Shown here piece after piece: positions 1 through 12,821 of a stretch of DNA of 64,000 nt. The DNA lies in assembly GCA_951406725.2 (NCBI GenBank), contig OX597817.1:65906001-65970000 (forward strand), given 5' to 3'. The notes under the pieces were generated by a model. It was not told the DNA's origin, did no database searches, and saw only the letters and a list, made by a program, of their open reading frames with translations. The stretch's first letter is position 1, and each line of letters opens with the position of its first letter. The DNA comes from Octopus vulgaris. Lineage: Eukaryota. The translations under genes were made by a program, and so were the position numbers.

Positions 1-129
1 TTGAACGTCCAACAGCATAAACTTGCGTTATGAAGATTCGAATACCGCTGCCATGTGGACAAAATGCTTCTATTTTCTTGGATTATGCTCTAACAGACAT
101 AACCATCGCAGGTTCATAACGCCATTTCA

Positions 130-770
130 TCAGTCCCAAAGTATGAAAATTTGATATCTTCAATGCACGAATTGAAATGCAGCATGAGGCCTTGTTCACT
201 TTGGCACTGGACATGTTAATAGCGATTTCAATTTCCATGATTTCCTTCTGGCAATCTAGATAGCTTTCTTTAAAATAACAAGGCTATATTGGTTCATCCT
301 AGATCCAAATATAGTCAGATAACCCATTTCATAGCGATCCAAAAAGATTATATTCCAGTTAATATTTAATCTACGTATGCAGGATAGCACCGAATGCGAC
401 ACTAGTTGCAAACTGGTTCGAGAAAATTTCAAGTTTCGAAAAGTTTGCATGAATGATATAAAAGCTCGTAAAGATATTAATGTTGGCATAGATAGACATT
501 CGAGAAACTGTCTCTAATGAATTTGATGATCCTAGCTTTGACGATACCTGAGAAAACTTTAGGGACCAGGTGTACTGTTTGAGAGTTGAGTTGCCTGGTT
601 TCATGGAAAAAAACGCAGTGATTGGACTAATGATAAATAATGCTACTATGACCAGTAACTGAAAACTATTCACTGAAGATTTTGGAATCTCCTGAACAAT
701 ACTATGATGAAGCGCATCGCAAATGTTATCAGGGAAGTGGGGTACACTGATCAATACAAGTGGAGGCTTA
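130..770 (+). mobile_element. Highly degenerate Tc1-like transposase remnant
   Basis: Broken frames give MQDSTECDTSCKLVRENFK (cf. Tc1 QQDNAPCHTSKLVKEWF) and WNLLNNTMMKRIANVIREVGYTDQY (cf. C-terminal SMPKRIAAVIKAKGGxTKY); many stops; no TIR seen. Confidence 0.35.
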
Positions 771-1006
771 AATTATATATGTTAAAGCAAGAGATTTTGT
801 GGAGAATTTTTTCATATTTTTTTAATTTATTTCTGTGTAGATTTTTGTGTTTTATACATTTTTAATTTGTCCATTTATATATGTCACGTCCTTCATCCCT
901 TCCTTGCTTTTGTATAATTTTTCCGTCCCAACAAGCCTTCTTAAACCCTGTTACTTTTTTGTATCTCTTAGTTTCCTTATAGCTATTATAGAAATGGTTA
1001 TCGCCG

Positions 1007-1052
<46 letters not shown>

Positions 1053-1122
1053 ATGATACGTACAAATGTGTTATATTTTATATTTGGAATCCATGTACTT
1101 ACTACCGGGTCAACCAATTTCC

Positions 1123-1440
1123 TTAGGTACCGCGGGCCTTTCGAACAATCCTTGCAGTTCCTAATAGAACAGATTTCTGTATTAATACACTAATCTCAAT
1201 AAGGGAACTACTAAGTCTGTAGTTAACGGTTACTGGGGCGACTAGAACTACTGGGATTACTTTTTCAGAAATCCTCCACAGCCTTCGTATTTTCCTAACA
1301 AAGTTCTGGTATTTTCCTATTTTCTCTTGTTCTTTAACAGCTACATTCATATCAGCAGACACAGCCATATCTATGATGATGCACTCTCTTGTCTGGAATA
1401 TCTGGTTGTCTTGCTTGAATTTTGCGGCCGGTTAGTCTGA
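1123..1440 (-). mobile_element. R4/Dong-like LINE, C-terminal REL endonuclease fragment
   Basis: CIIIDMAVSADMNVAVKEQEKIGKYQ...LWR...VIPVV...LIQKSVLLGTARIVRK; (CAT)n array just beyond its 3' end. Confidence 0.8.
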
Positions 1441-2093
1441 ACAGTCTGTTATTGCAGTTTTTTTTCCTCGTTATATATGCAATTATACACATAACCTATA
1501 AACAAGCAGTTTTAAGTGAGTTGACAGTGTTAGATTATTTAACAATTTAATGAATTAGCATGAATCAAAATTCTTTTGTTTCTTTCCTGTTTTAGAAGGT
1601 TACTTGTTGCTACAAGTAACAGCCACACCAATTGCATAATCTACTATAGAGACAGCTGCTGACTTTGTGAATCACTATAATCCATTAAACAGTAAAACAT
1701 TGGCTGTTATATTTTGAGGATATTATACAAGGGGCTTTTGAAGCAGAAGCAATTTTTTTTTTTTTTACATAGAACTGATTCAGTCTAACTACAATATGTA
1801 GGCGTACATAATGGTAGAAACAGTATATTGTCATTCCTTCAAATGCTATGTTTGAAAATTCTATTCACAATATTTCCTGCCATTGAAGTTGCATTTCAAG
1901 TAAGGAGACTGTTACTACCCATTTATCTCTACCTATGTAACTCAATTTATGTAACTCTAACCAATCAACTATTTCAATGCATTCTTCTGATAGTTTATTT
2001 ATTTATTTACTTTTTTTCTTATTTTTTTTCTTTTGAAGGTGCAAGGGGTGACATGTATGTTAGTCAAAGGAGGAGAGCCAGTGCCTATAGCCT

Positions 2094-2395
2094 TTGATAT
2101 CTTAATAGCTTCAGTGCACGAATTGAAATGCAGCTTGAGGCCTTGTTCACTTTGGCACTGGAAATGCTAACAGCCCTTTCAATTTCCCTGATTCCCTTCT
2201 GCCAATCTAGATAGCTTTCTTTAAAATAACAAGGTCATATTGGTTCATCCTATATCTATATATAGTCGGATTACCCATTTCATAGCGATCCAGAAATATT
2301 ATATTCCAGTTAATATTCAACCTATGAATGCAGGATAATACCGACTGCGACACTAGTTGCAAACTGGTTCGAGAAAATTTCAAGTTTCGAAAAGT
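2094..2395 (+). repeat. Diverged direct copy of about 150-445 (Tc1-like remnant)
   Basis: About 290 bp alignable, e.g. gcacgaattgaaatgcagc...actagttgcaaactggttcgagaaaatttcaagtttcgaaaagtt is shared. Confidence 0.9.
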
Positions 2396-2396
2396 T

Positions 2397-2530
2397 ACGA
2401 AAAATACCTTAGGAATGAGAAGCCAAGTTCGAAATTTCCCCAAGGCACCTGATGAAGGATGGAGAGTATATCAGCCGAAATGTTGTGTGAACAATAAGAA
2501 AGATGAGGACAAGTATCAGTTCTACTGGTA
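2397..2530 (+). mobile_element. Penelope-type terminal repeat (pLTR) fragment, second copy at 5109-5260
   Basis: cgaaaaataccttaggaatgagaagcc...ctgatgaagg...gccgaaa shared with 5109-5260; carries a minimal HHR as PLE pLTRs do. Confidence 0.7.
2445..2488 (+). ncRNA. Minimal type I hammerhead ribozyme (slightly degenerate)
   Basis: GCAC-CUGAUGA-A-GGAUG..CAGCC-GAAA-UG-UU-GUGU; one mismatch in helix II. Confidence 0.65.
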
Positions 2531-2559
2531 ACTCTATTCATCCTGATGCCTTCTTATAA

Positions 2560-4385
2560 CACCTCAAATTGATCATTCTCAGTAACTTTTTTGCGGTTGG
2601 TGTTAGTACCATTTTCAGCCTCCTTCAAACGCTCTTTACCTTAATATGTCCCTATATAATGCCTCGGCTACACAATTGTGTCTATGCTCCTTTTGTGCCA
2701 AAGTACGACAAGAACTTATTCTGTGCACGATAGACTCCTCTTTCTTTCTACATATTCTGCACTTAGCACTTTTCATGGTTTTGTTTATTCTTGCCTTTAT
2801 GATATTCTTTCGTATTGCCTGACTTTGAGCAGCCATAATGAGTCTTTCCGTTTCTTTTTTTTTTATTCTCCATTCTTCAACCATAACTAAGATTCATCAA
2901 CTGCAACATCATGCGTTTGTCTGAGATATCAACAATGCAGCTCTTTTCCGCAGATGTTTCTTTATTGCTCCTGTTTTCCCTTTTTTTCTTGTATTCTTTC
3001 GCGATCTCCATAGTTTCTTTCTCCTCTCCTCTGGTAGGTGAAATCAGTTTTTCTGCGCTGCTTCTCACATACTCTTCTATATCGCATTCTGCCATCTCCT
3101 CGCAGTTTTCTATCGACATTAGTCCTCTCCCTTCCTCCTTCTATGATAGGTTTAACACTGTTTCTAGGGTGTAATGACCTATACATAGCCATTGTAATTC
3201 TGGTTTTTATAGTCTATGTATTTTAGTTCTTCCCTAATCCAGTTCAGGAAAGTAGCAAAATATCGTGTTAGAGACACCGCGTATGGTTTTACTGCAGAGA
3301 TGCTTTCCCTCCATTCAGTTTTGAGCTTAACATTCTTTTCATTCTCGTGAAATATTCATTTTTCACTTTCTCCACTTTTTGATAAAGAATTCTATCTCCT
3401 TCTAGTACAACAAGGTACTTGTACCATCACCTTCATTTATTGGTTTGATTATTGTCTCATCTAAGATTTTAATCCCTTCTACCTTGGATACTTTTCCTCT
3501 CATTATTTGCACTACACACTTAAATTTTCCAGTGTTCTCAATCACGATTCTAACAGCCCGCACCGATGAATTTAAAGCTTTCTCATTTTAGGTCATCCAT
3601 AAACAGAACATGACTTAGTCTCTCTCAAGGTCAATGTAAAAACAATAAGAGCAACAACGAATAGCAACTGCAAAAATATCAGCTTGAAATATTCCTCTTC
3701 TTATGCTGACCTTATCTAATTTAACTTGAGTAGATGGAAGTACAGTTTTCCATTTTGACATACTGTTTTATGAGCCAAACAACATTCTCTGCTATCCCAA
3801 CTATATTGAGGCATGTTTGGATACATGAATGTGGAATGCTGTGATATACCTTTTGGTATTCAATTCATGCAGTTGCTAGATTATTCTTTCTACTTTTGAT
3901 TTCTTGAAGGACTTGTTGATCTATACATAATAGGTCATTTGTACTTCTAGAACCTTTTCTGCACATTTTCTGTTCTTCTGACAGTAGACTTCCCTCTTCA
4001 AGATACTAATACATATCCTTTGCAATAACACTTGTCAACAACTTGCATATGAGTGAAAGACAAGTTATTAGTCGGTAGTTACATGCTATATGATCTTTCC
4101 CTATCAACACCGACCCTGCCTTTTGTCATCTATTCAGGAACATCACCTGTCTCAATACAACTATTTAGTTGTGTACTCATTCTGTCGTAGAGTGCAATGA
4201 AACATTTTAGCCAAAATCAGATTTGGTCCAGGAGATTTCCAGTTTTTCATCACTTTCAAGACATTTTTCAAGTTTTCATCTGTGATCTCTACGTTTCTTT
4301 CTTTTGGCAAATCTGCATTATTTGCCTTTTTTTTTAATCATTCTGCATCGTCATTTTGCTTCACTTCTTGGCTCCAAATGTCTCT
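2560..4385 (-). mobile_element. R4/Dong-like LINE pseudo-ORF (RT plus CCHC zinc knuckle)
   Basis: SHVLFMDDLK (RT motif, about 3587-3616); ETERLIMAAQSQAIRKN...KCRICRKKEESIVHRISSCRTLAQKE; many stops and frameshifts. Confidence 0.85.
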
Positions 4386-4430
4386 CCAGAATTGTTGTTG
4401 TTGTTTTTGTTGTTATTATTATTATTATTA

Positions 4431-4489
<59 letters not shown>

Positions 4490-4494
4490 TTTTA

Positions 4495-5089
4495 TCTCAG
4501 GTTTTGTTGTAACTCCTAGAGTTTTGCATGCGTAGCGGGCTTGCTGCCAGTAGCCTTCTATCTGGTCTTTTCAACTATCTAATACTTTCCTGATAATCCT
4601 GGCCGTACCAAGGAGGCAAACCTTTTGTAACAGTTCTGCTGGGCACTCTATTCCAATTTCTTTATATTCCTCTTGATGCCTTCTTATACTGTCTCCATCG
4701 ACAATAATTGGCACTATCTTCACCTACTTCATTTTCCATAGCTGGGCTATTTCGTACTTAAGAGGATTGTATGTATGTATCTTTTTTATCGCCTTCCTTC
4801 TTGACTATTCGTAGGTCAAAGGGGCACGCAACATAAACTATATAGCACATGTAGTGCATCTTGTCCACCACCACTAGGTCCGGTCTGTTACGTTCTAGCA
4901 TCTGATCTTTTTGGATGGGAAAATCTCAGAGGAGTTTTCAAGTGTCCGACTCCGCCACTCTGTGGTTTGTTCTCACATCACGTCTTGCCTCTCTCTAGCC
5001 CTCACTTTTCGAAGTTTCGAATCTGGCACTTTCGCTACCTCATCGTGTCGCCACAACCTGTAGTGGTTTGGGGCAAGTTTAGGGCAAAT
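4495..5089 (-). mobile_element. R4/Dong-like LINE 3' end (REL endonuclease plus 3'UTR)
   Basis: CPKLAPNHYRLWRHDEVAK...DFPIQKDQMLERNRPDLVVVDK...LLQKVCLLGTARIIRKVLDS* (stop 4571-4573); tail runs into (TGA)n/(TAA)n. Confidence 0.85.
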
Positions 5090-5156
5090 AACAACAACAA
5101 CAACAACATCGAAAAATACCTTAGGAATGAGAAGCCAGGTTCGAAATTTTCCCAAG

Positions 5157-5200
5157 ACACCTGATGAAGGCTGGAGGGTATATCAGCCGAAACGTTGTGT
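5157..5200 (+). ncRNA. Minimal type I hammerhead ribozyme, intact core
   Basis: ACAC-CUGAUGA-A-GGCUG-(10 nt)-CAGCC-GAAA-CG-UU^GUGU; palindromic ACGU helix III typical of PLE HHRs. Confidence 0.8.
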
Positions 5201-5322
5201 GAACAATAAGAAAGATGCGGACAAATATCCGTCAAATGTAAATAATGTAAACATATAGACATTGTCCTCTTTAAGTTCTGTTGTTATCCTGTCGTAGAGT
5301 GTTTTCTGTTCGAGTGTAAGGT

Positions 5323-5461
5323 TCTTCTTCTTCTTCTTCTTCTTCTTCTTCTTCTTCTTCTTCTTCTTCTTCTTCTTCTTCTTCTTCTTCTTCTTCTTCT
5401 TCTTCTTCTTCTTCTTCTCCACCTCCTCCTCCTTATAATAATAATAATAATAATAATAATA

Positions 5462-5496
<35 letters not shown>

Positions 5497-5497
5497 C
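5323..5497. repeat. (TTC)n then (TAA)n/(TTA)n microsatellites
   Basis: Direct reading. Confidence 0.95.
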
Positions 5498-6102
5498 TTC
5501 CATTCAACTCTATTCAATTTTCCCCCCTTTTGGGGGAGATAACATGACATACAACTAGCTATCTGTCGTTATCAATCGTTTAACGATGTTTCTTTGTTAT
5601 TTTCATCGAATATCGAATCAAATATGAATTGATAATTACTATTATTATTTCCACTTCACTCAAATGAACTGATGTCACACGATGTGAACTGATTCAAACT
5701 CATTCTCCGTATAATTGATCGACTGATGTCATAAATAGTTGATAATTGCATTTCAGCACCTTTTAAATACTTTTCAACACATATCACTCACGTGATGCAC
5801 TTTTCTTCCTTCTTTCTTATTAAGAGTTGGTGATAAGCCCCAGGTTTCACAGCTTTAGGCGAAGCAGGCAAATAGGCGATTAACTCTTACTTTCTCTGCT
5901 TCACTTGATAGAACATCCGTCCGGTCTCTCATCGATAACATTTCTTGCTGATTTGGTACCGTATATTCTTAGGTATTGATAGAATCTATGAGGACATACA
6001 ATTAAATTACAACACAGTGCTTAAGAAAAAATACGTTAGGGATGCGACTGGAAACCCTACGGTATTTGTATTTAGTATGGAGAATGCTCCTTTGATTTAA
6101 TC

Positions 6103-6210
6103 TGTAGTGATGCCGGGTTCCAGACGCCATAGAATGCAAAAGTCTATTACTTACGGAACTGCATCGGACACGGCAATTGCTGCTGTTATTCTCTCTCCCT
6201 CAACCGCGCA
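6103..6210 (+). mobile_element. Truncated 5' LTR-like segment
   Basis: TGTAGTGATGCCGGGTTCCAGACGCCAT matches the start of the LTR at 7978 (TGTGGTGACGCCAGGTTCCAGACACCAT). Confidence 0.55.
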
Positions 6211-6376
6211 TTTCCATTGTTTCTTTTTTTTTCACCTTCCTTTGTATGTCACTTCCTTTTTCAGGGCCTCGCCTATGTATGTACATTTTTTTTTTAATAT
6301 TGTATATATTATATGTTAACTTGTTTCAATATTCATAAACATATACACCACATCCTAATATTTTAGTCGTTTTCTT

Positions 6377-6953
6377 ACCACTCTTGCAGGCTTACAACCC
6401 TAGCCTCTGCAAGCGACCTACCGCTCTTGCAGGCTTACAACCCTAGCCTCTGCAAGCGACCCACCGCTCTTGCAGGCTCACAACCTTAGCCTCTGCAAGC
6501 GACCTACCGCTCTTGCAGGCTTACAACCCTAGCCTCTGCAAGCGACCTACCGCTCTTGCAGGCTTACAACCCTAGCCTCTGCAAGCGACCCACCGCTCTT
6601 GCAGGCTCACAACCTTAGCCTCTGCAAGCGACCTACCGCTCTTACAGGCTTACAACCCTAGCCTCTGCAAGCGACCTACCGCTCTTGCAGGCTTACAACC
6701 CTAGCTTCTGCGAGCGATCCACCGCTCTTGCAGGCTCACAACCCTAGCCTCTGCAAGCGACCCACCGCTCTTGCAGGCTCACAACCCTAGCCTCTGCAAG
6801 CGACCTACCGCTCTTGCAGGCTTACAAACCTAGCCTCTGCAAGCGACCCACCGCTCTTGCAGGCTCACAACCCTAGCCTCTGCAAACGACCTACCGCTCT
6901 TGCGGACTAACAACAATTTTGTTTCCACTGCAAGCGACTCATTGCCCTTGCAG
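6377..6953. repeat. 43-bp tandem minisatellite, about 13 units, each a hairpin
   Basis: Unit accgctcttgcaggcttacaaccctagcctctgcaagcgacct; ctcttgc at 6381 and 6424; no unique spacers. Confidence 0.95.
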
Positions 6954-7129
6954 ATAAATACTTGGTAGTACTCATGTCTCAGTAGCCAACATTGCATTTC
7001 AAACACTTTGACTCTTGCATCCTGTGATTTCCAGTTTCCTGGACAGCTGTTATCACATTTGCATGTCAGACATTCTGTGTCTCAGAACTTTGTTTTAACC
7101 TTTGCCTTTTCATGTATGTTTTGTACATA

Positions 7130-7744
7130 TTCTGCAATCCGGCACACTGCCTCAGCTTTGCATTCACTGTTACATCCTGGCATCGCTGCCTCGGTGAGGT
7201 TTATTACGGCTCGGTTTTTCTGGCCTAATATGCGCCGGATGATCACCGATTCGGTACGCTCTTGTGTAAAATGTCAGCGTTCTAAAATCCACAGTTTTCT
7301 CCTCCAGAGGCCCGTTCTCGCCATGTCCACATTGATCTGGTTGGACCATGGCCTGCGAGTCGCGGGTTCTCTTATATCTTGACCTGAGTCGATCGTTTCT
7401 CCCGTTTGCCAGAAGCCATTCCAATAGCAGACATTTCTGTTGAATCTGTTGCTCAAGCTTTTGTCTCTAATTGGATTTCCCGCTTTGGAGTTCGGTCCAG
7501 ATTAACTACTGATCGCGGACGCCAGTTTGAAGCTTCTCTATTTCGTAAATTGTCACATGCACCTTTGCCAACACCATCACCCACACATGCACCTTTGACA
7601 TTACCTCTACATGCACCTTTGACAACACCAGCACCTACAACACCACCTTCGTCGTTGCAACCTGCCTCGAGCAGACCCTATGTCACCAGGACTGGCCGAA
7701 CTGTTCACTGGCCCAAGAAACTTGCAAAGACTATTCATATTTGA
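7130..7744 (+). pseudogene. Gypsy/Ty3 integrase remnant
   Basis: HHCC finger (LHSLLHPG...FFWPNM...CVKCQRSK), HVHIDLVGPW, PEAIPIADIS...WISRFG...TTDRGRQFEA; frameshifted and internally deleted. Confidence 0.9.
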
Positions 7745-7977
7745 CATTCTCTATTGTGTTTCCTGTGACAGACACGTGTTCCTTTGTGTACTGGACATTG
7801 TCAATGTTTTTTTATTGAACATTTTGTAAATTTTGTAATTTTTTTTTTTGTGCATGCTCATTTATATTGTGATTACATTTTTTTTTGTGCCACATCTTGT
7901 GGGTGACCGGTAGCCATCTTGTTTCTTGCGTCACTACAATCTTTATATTTTCGTGCACCGCACTCGAGGGAGAGCCT

Positions 7978-8345
7978 TGTGGTGACGCCAGGTTCCAGAC
8001 ACCATTTTGGATTTTTATCTGCGCATGCGCAAGGATTAGTGTCTTCTGGAAGGCCTGCCGGAAGTCCCTTATGTACATGCAGCTAGGTAAGACCGCTATT
8101 CTCTCTCTTTTGCTCCTGCCGGCAACGGAGCTAGACGCGACCAGACAAGCTCCGTGTGAAGGCGAATACGACTTGGCGAACTGTGAAGAATGCCTTCAAC
8201 AATTGTGATTAAACTGACTCTGCTGTTTCCAATCCCAAGCGTCCAGGCTACCGATGTCCAGAGATGAAATGTTTATTTCGGCGAAAATAAATTATTATTG
8301 TTATTTGTTCGGAGATTCTTGTTCCTGCTATTTTTCCTTTCTACA
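7978..8345 (+). mobile_element. Gypsy 3' LTR
   Basis: Preceded by polypurine tract gagggagag (7966-7974); TGT...ACA ends; AATAAA near 8286. Confidence 0.7.
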
Positions 8346-9139
8346 ACTATGTAAGGAAATGTGAAGCACCCAACCAGTGCCAAATCCACATCCTACAAAT
8401 CTCTCTCAGCCATGTTGTTGATATTCATAACCAGGGATACTACATTCATTCTATTTCTATATACATTATCACTTGCAATCTTGCTAATTGATTAGAGTAT
8501 ACTTCATTGAGGAGCTTAATACAACCGAAACATGTCCGCTTCTTTCACCGGTTGGCTTTAAATACCATATCAACTCCAATTTGTCTGAATTCTGTCTATA
8601 TTGATCAAAAATTCAATTAACAGAGTTTATCGGAGTTATCTCTCTACCTTGTTGCTTTTAGATTTTAAATATTCCCAGGGGGAAATTTTTGTTAGCTAAT
8701 TACTTAGATTACTTCAGTTGATCGAAGTATTTCAATTTACTATATTACATATGTGGGACCCTGTTTTTAAGCATATTATTCAAATATAAACTATTGTGGA
8801 AGTGAACTCCAAAGATACGTTATGTGCTCGGTGTCAAATGCTATTTCTTTGGCCATTTCGCTTCTAAATTTATTTTATATTTCTGTAGAATGAGCAAACC
8901 AGGGAGCATTATGCTGTTATTCGACCGGCTAGATAGAGCAACTAACTATTTTTTTAAACAACACCTGCTGTCTGAAAAGTTGAGCTGGTAAGTGACTAGA
9001 GTACTATTCATCTTAGAACGGTTAGATTGTAATTAACGCAACGTTGCTGAATGGTTAAGAAGTTCTCTTATTAATCACGGAGTCCTGGATTCGATCCCAC
9101 TCTATGCCATCTACTGCTACTAATAATAATAATAACACT

Positions 9140-10205
9140 TTACAATAACAGGGTTTACTTGTTTTCTCCACTTCTGTCGCTTTTTTTCAGCCAGCAGCTA
9201 GCTAGGAATATGACCGGGCTCACCTTGCTGCATAGTGGGGCTCCTATAAGGGGAAGTAACTTCCTTTCTGGTTCCAGTCCCGTTTTCACCGTTATTTGAA
9301 TCATTGTTTTGCATAATTTCACTAATGTGTTAGCTTCATATTGGGTTTCCTTCCCACGAGCATATTTTTGTTACTCCATCAATTTGATGATCATCAAAGA
9401 AGGTTAAAGTCCCCGCTCCCGGTCATGAGACACGGTTTTAACTCCACCGGACGACAACCCAGCATTTCTTGATCAAGATAACATATTTCAGTAATGGGCC
9501 AGTTAAAGATATTGAAACTGTAAGTCAAGACTGGTATGGCTAAAGTATTGATCGCTTCGATCCTGTTTCTTGCATTCAGCTCTGTCTTGAGTATTGCTCT
9601 CACCCTGCGATAACATTCTCTTCTAATCCTTTCCCTCATCATTGAATGCTTGATTTTCTCCCCTTCAAATACTCCTAGGTATTTGTAGCTCTCCGCTGGT
9701 TCTAACTCTTTTATGACATTCTGCTGGTCAAGGTTAACGTTAGATGATTCTGTCATTTTTCCTTTGATAAAGGTAGCTTTTGCACATTGATCGAGACCAA
9801 ATTGCATCCTGATGTCATCACTGAATTGTTTAACAATCGCTAGTAAGCCCTTGAGTCGTTGGTCATTTTTTGCACAGAGCTTTAAATCATCCATGTAAAT
9901 GAGATGATTTATATTTTTATCAAACACTTTTGAGAGAGGTATTAAGGCTAAACAAAAGAGGAGTGGTGATAGTGAGTCACCCTGGAAAATGCCACATGAA
10001 ATTCTTACATCTCCAGTATTAATAGATTCATTGTCATTGTTCAAAGTCAGGGTGGTTCTTCATGATCTCATACTTACAGACAAAAAGTTTCGCAGAGTAG
10101 GAGCTATTTTATACATTTCCAGACATTTCTTAATCCAGCTATGTGGTAGGCTACGAAAAGCTTTTTTTATAGTCTGTCCTATGGGCATTAAAATGTATAT
10201 ATGAT
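9140..10205 (-). mobile_element. R4/Dong-like LINE RT fragment (about 9465-10205) joined to a non-RT segment (9140-9465)
   Basis: KKAFRSLPHSWI, GIFQGDSLSPLLFCLAL, NHLIYMDDLKL, YKYLGV; flanked by (TAA)n on both sides. Confidence 0.9.
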
Positions 10206-10223
10206 TTTGTGGACATTCGAGTA

Positions 10224-10273
<50 letters not shown>

Positions 10274-10310
10274 GTTGTTGTTATTATCATCATCATCATC
10301 ATCATCATCA

Positions 10311-10389
<79 letters not shown>

Positions 10390-10404
10390 ATGATGATGAT
10401 GGAC

Positions 10405-10650
10405 TCTCACGTCGAAGACGACGTATGAGTGTTCCGCTTTTACCGCACAAATGATTTGTTTATAGTGATCAAATGTATGTGCCGTGCATTAGCTCACCCT
10501 CTCTATCAACCTGTCAGGTGTCGAAGTGATCGCAGAGCTGTGTGAGATAAAGTGTTTTGCTCAAGAGCACTACGCACTACGCGGTCTAGGAATTGAAAGC
10601 ACGATCTCGCGATCCTGAGTACAATACCATAACCACTAGGCCATGCGCCT
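10405..10650 (-). mobile_element. tRNA-derived SINE (CORE-like body)
   Basis: Reverse strand begins ggcgcatggcctagtggtta (A box), tttcaattcc (B box), cttgagcaaaacacttt; relative at 41843-42085 (+). Confidence 0.7.
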
Positions 10651-11158
10651 TCATAATAATAATAACGATGATGATGATGATGACGACGACGACGAGGACA
10701 ATAATGACGTTGCTACAAGTGCATAGATGAGGAGGAGTGTTTATGTTTAGAGCGTGCTTTTGTAGTAGTAATGAGTTTCTTCTTACTCTGCTCATTATTA
10801 TTTTCTGTTAGTCAAATATGTGGGTCAGAATTCTGCCTTTAGCTTCTACACAATCTCGATGCCGTGCCTGAACGTTAGATAGTCAGAGTGCATGGAAAAG
10901 ACTTATACTTCGACGTTGTAAACGATCTGACGAATTTATCTATTGCATCTAGATAGAATATACTGATAGATGCTGATCGCTTTCCTTTGCACTCAAGCAT
11001 GTTCTTCTAACCTTTCACCTATACTACAGACTACTTCTCCTGTGTAGGTTGTTGTGGTACTCCCACATTGCTGTTTTATGCGTCCTGTGCTGCATACCAT
11101 ATTGCTAATATTTTTAGTCAATTTGTAGGTTAACTGGGAGCTTTTTTCTAAATGGCTA

Positions 11159-11593
11159 TCTACTATGATAATACTCTTGTGTATTTCTCCGTCACAATAT
11201 ATGAATGAGAAAGGAAGGGGTGATGGATGAATAAGGAAGGAAGGGGTGATGGTAAACTTGGTAGTGGGATGATGGAAGTTCTACGGTGAAAAAAATCAAG
11301 CAGCGTTTCAACTCTGCGTGAGTATATGTGTGTGTGTGTGTGTGTAAAAGGGAGATAAGTGAACATTTGTGTGTGTGTGTGTGTGTGTGTGTGCAATGGA
11401 AGTAGAATGGTGAACATTCAACGCCGAAAAGAAAAATCAAACAGCGTTTCAGCTCTCTGTGAGTATATACGTGTATGCGTGTACGTGTAGAAGGGAATTG
11501 TGTGAATGTTTGTATCTGTGATTATTTTGTACCTTATTTACATATAAAATACTACAGTTAGCCGTCATTTTCGATGGCACGGGTGACAGCTAG
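11159..11593 (+). mobile_element. Non-autonomous Helitron
   Basis: A|TCTACTATGATAATAC 5' end; 3' hairpin gccgtc-attttc-gatggc then CTAG|T; A-T insertion site, no TSD; internal duplicated block. Confidence 0.75.
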
Positions 11594-12130
11594 TGACCTA
11601 ATAATTAATGACTTAATGAATATATTCTCTAGTTTTGTGTAATACTTTCGTAAGCTTGTTAGCTAGTTCGTCCTTGAGAGTGATAGCGACAAACATTACA
11701 GCCCGGAATTTCTCATGCCACGAGCATACTTTATTTTTCATTTTGCTTTCCTAATCTATTTCCGAATTCACGCCGATATATTGAGCTTACTCCATTCGTA
11801 TTGTGACTGATGATGATTTCAAGCAAGGAAGCAAATAATGTGTTAATGTGTGCATGCATGTGTGCGTGTGTGTGTAATTATTACATATTACATTAATGCG
11901 TATGCATTTTGATGTTCATATATATATATATGTATGTATGTATATACATACATATATATATGTATGTATATGTATATATATATATATACATACATAATAT
12001 ATATATATATAATATTATATATATATATATATATATGTATATGTATATACATATATATATGTATGTATATGTATATATATATACAAATATAATATATGTA
12101 TAAATATAAATATATACATATAATATTATT

Positions 12131-12251
<121 letters not shown>

Positions 12252-12361
12252 CTTTTGATATATTTTATTGTCATTCCTTACTTTCATTTTGCCATTTCCT
12301 GTATTCAGATATCACTTTATAGGGCAGAATTATATTTCTACATCTATCGATCTATCATTTC

Positions 12362-12400
<39 letters not shown>

Positions 12401-12733
12401 TGTGTGTGTGCGCGCGTGCGTGTGTGTATGTATGTGCGTGTGTGTATGTATGTGCATGTGTATACGCTTATGCATCCATGCATGATATTCATTGCGCTGC
12501 ATGTTCACCTGTTTTGTGCCTTTTTCTCATTATTTTTCCCCGTACACCACTCCCTTCAAACTCCCCTTTTTTTCTCCCCTTCTCTCTTTCTATTTCTGCG
12601 ATCATTCTGAATCTATTGCTGTACAAACATCTTTCTTTCTATTAAGGACACCCTACCATCTCTCTCTCCCTCTCTTTCTCTTACTCTCTCTGTACTCACA
12701 TATATGTATGTATGTATGTGTGTGTGTGTACAC

Positions 12734-12821
<88 letters not shown>

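Noticed and set aside
1596-1900. Possible exon or hAT transposase tail (FPAIEVAF)
   Set aside because: Stops in all frames and the similarity is too short to support.
6377-6953. CRISPR-like array of palindromic repeats
   Set aside because: Units are contiguous near-identical 43-mers with no unique spacers, no cas genes, and a eukaryotic context.
6098-8350. Intact LTR retrotransposon insertion
   Set aside because: 5' LTR truncated and diverged, no matching TSD (taatc versus actat), gag and RT missing.
9040-9110. tRNA gene (also SINE heads at 10650, 21581 and 41843)
   Set aside because: A/B-box-like motifs without a full cloverleaf; consistent with tRNA-derived SINE heads.
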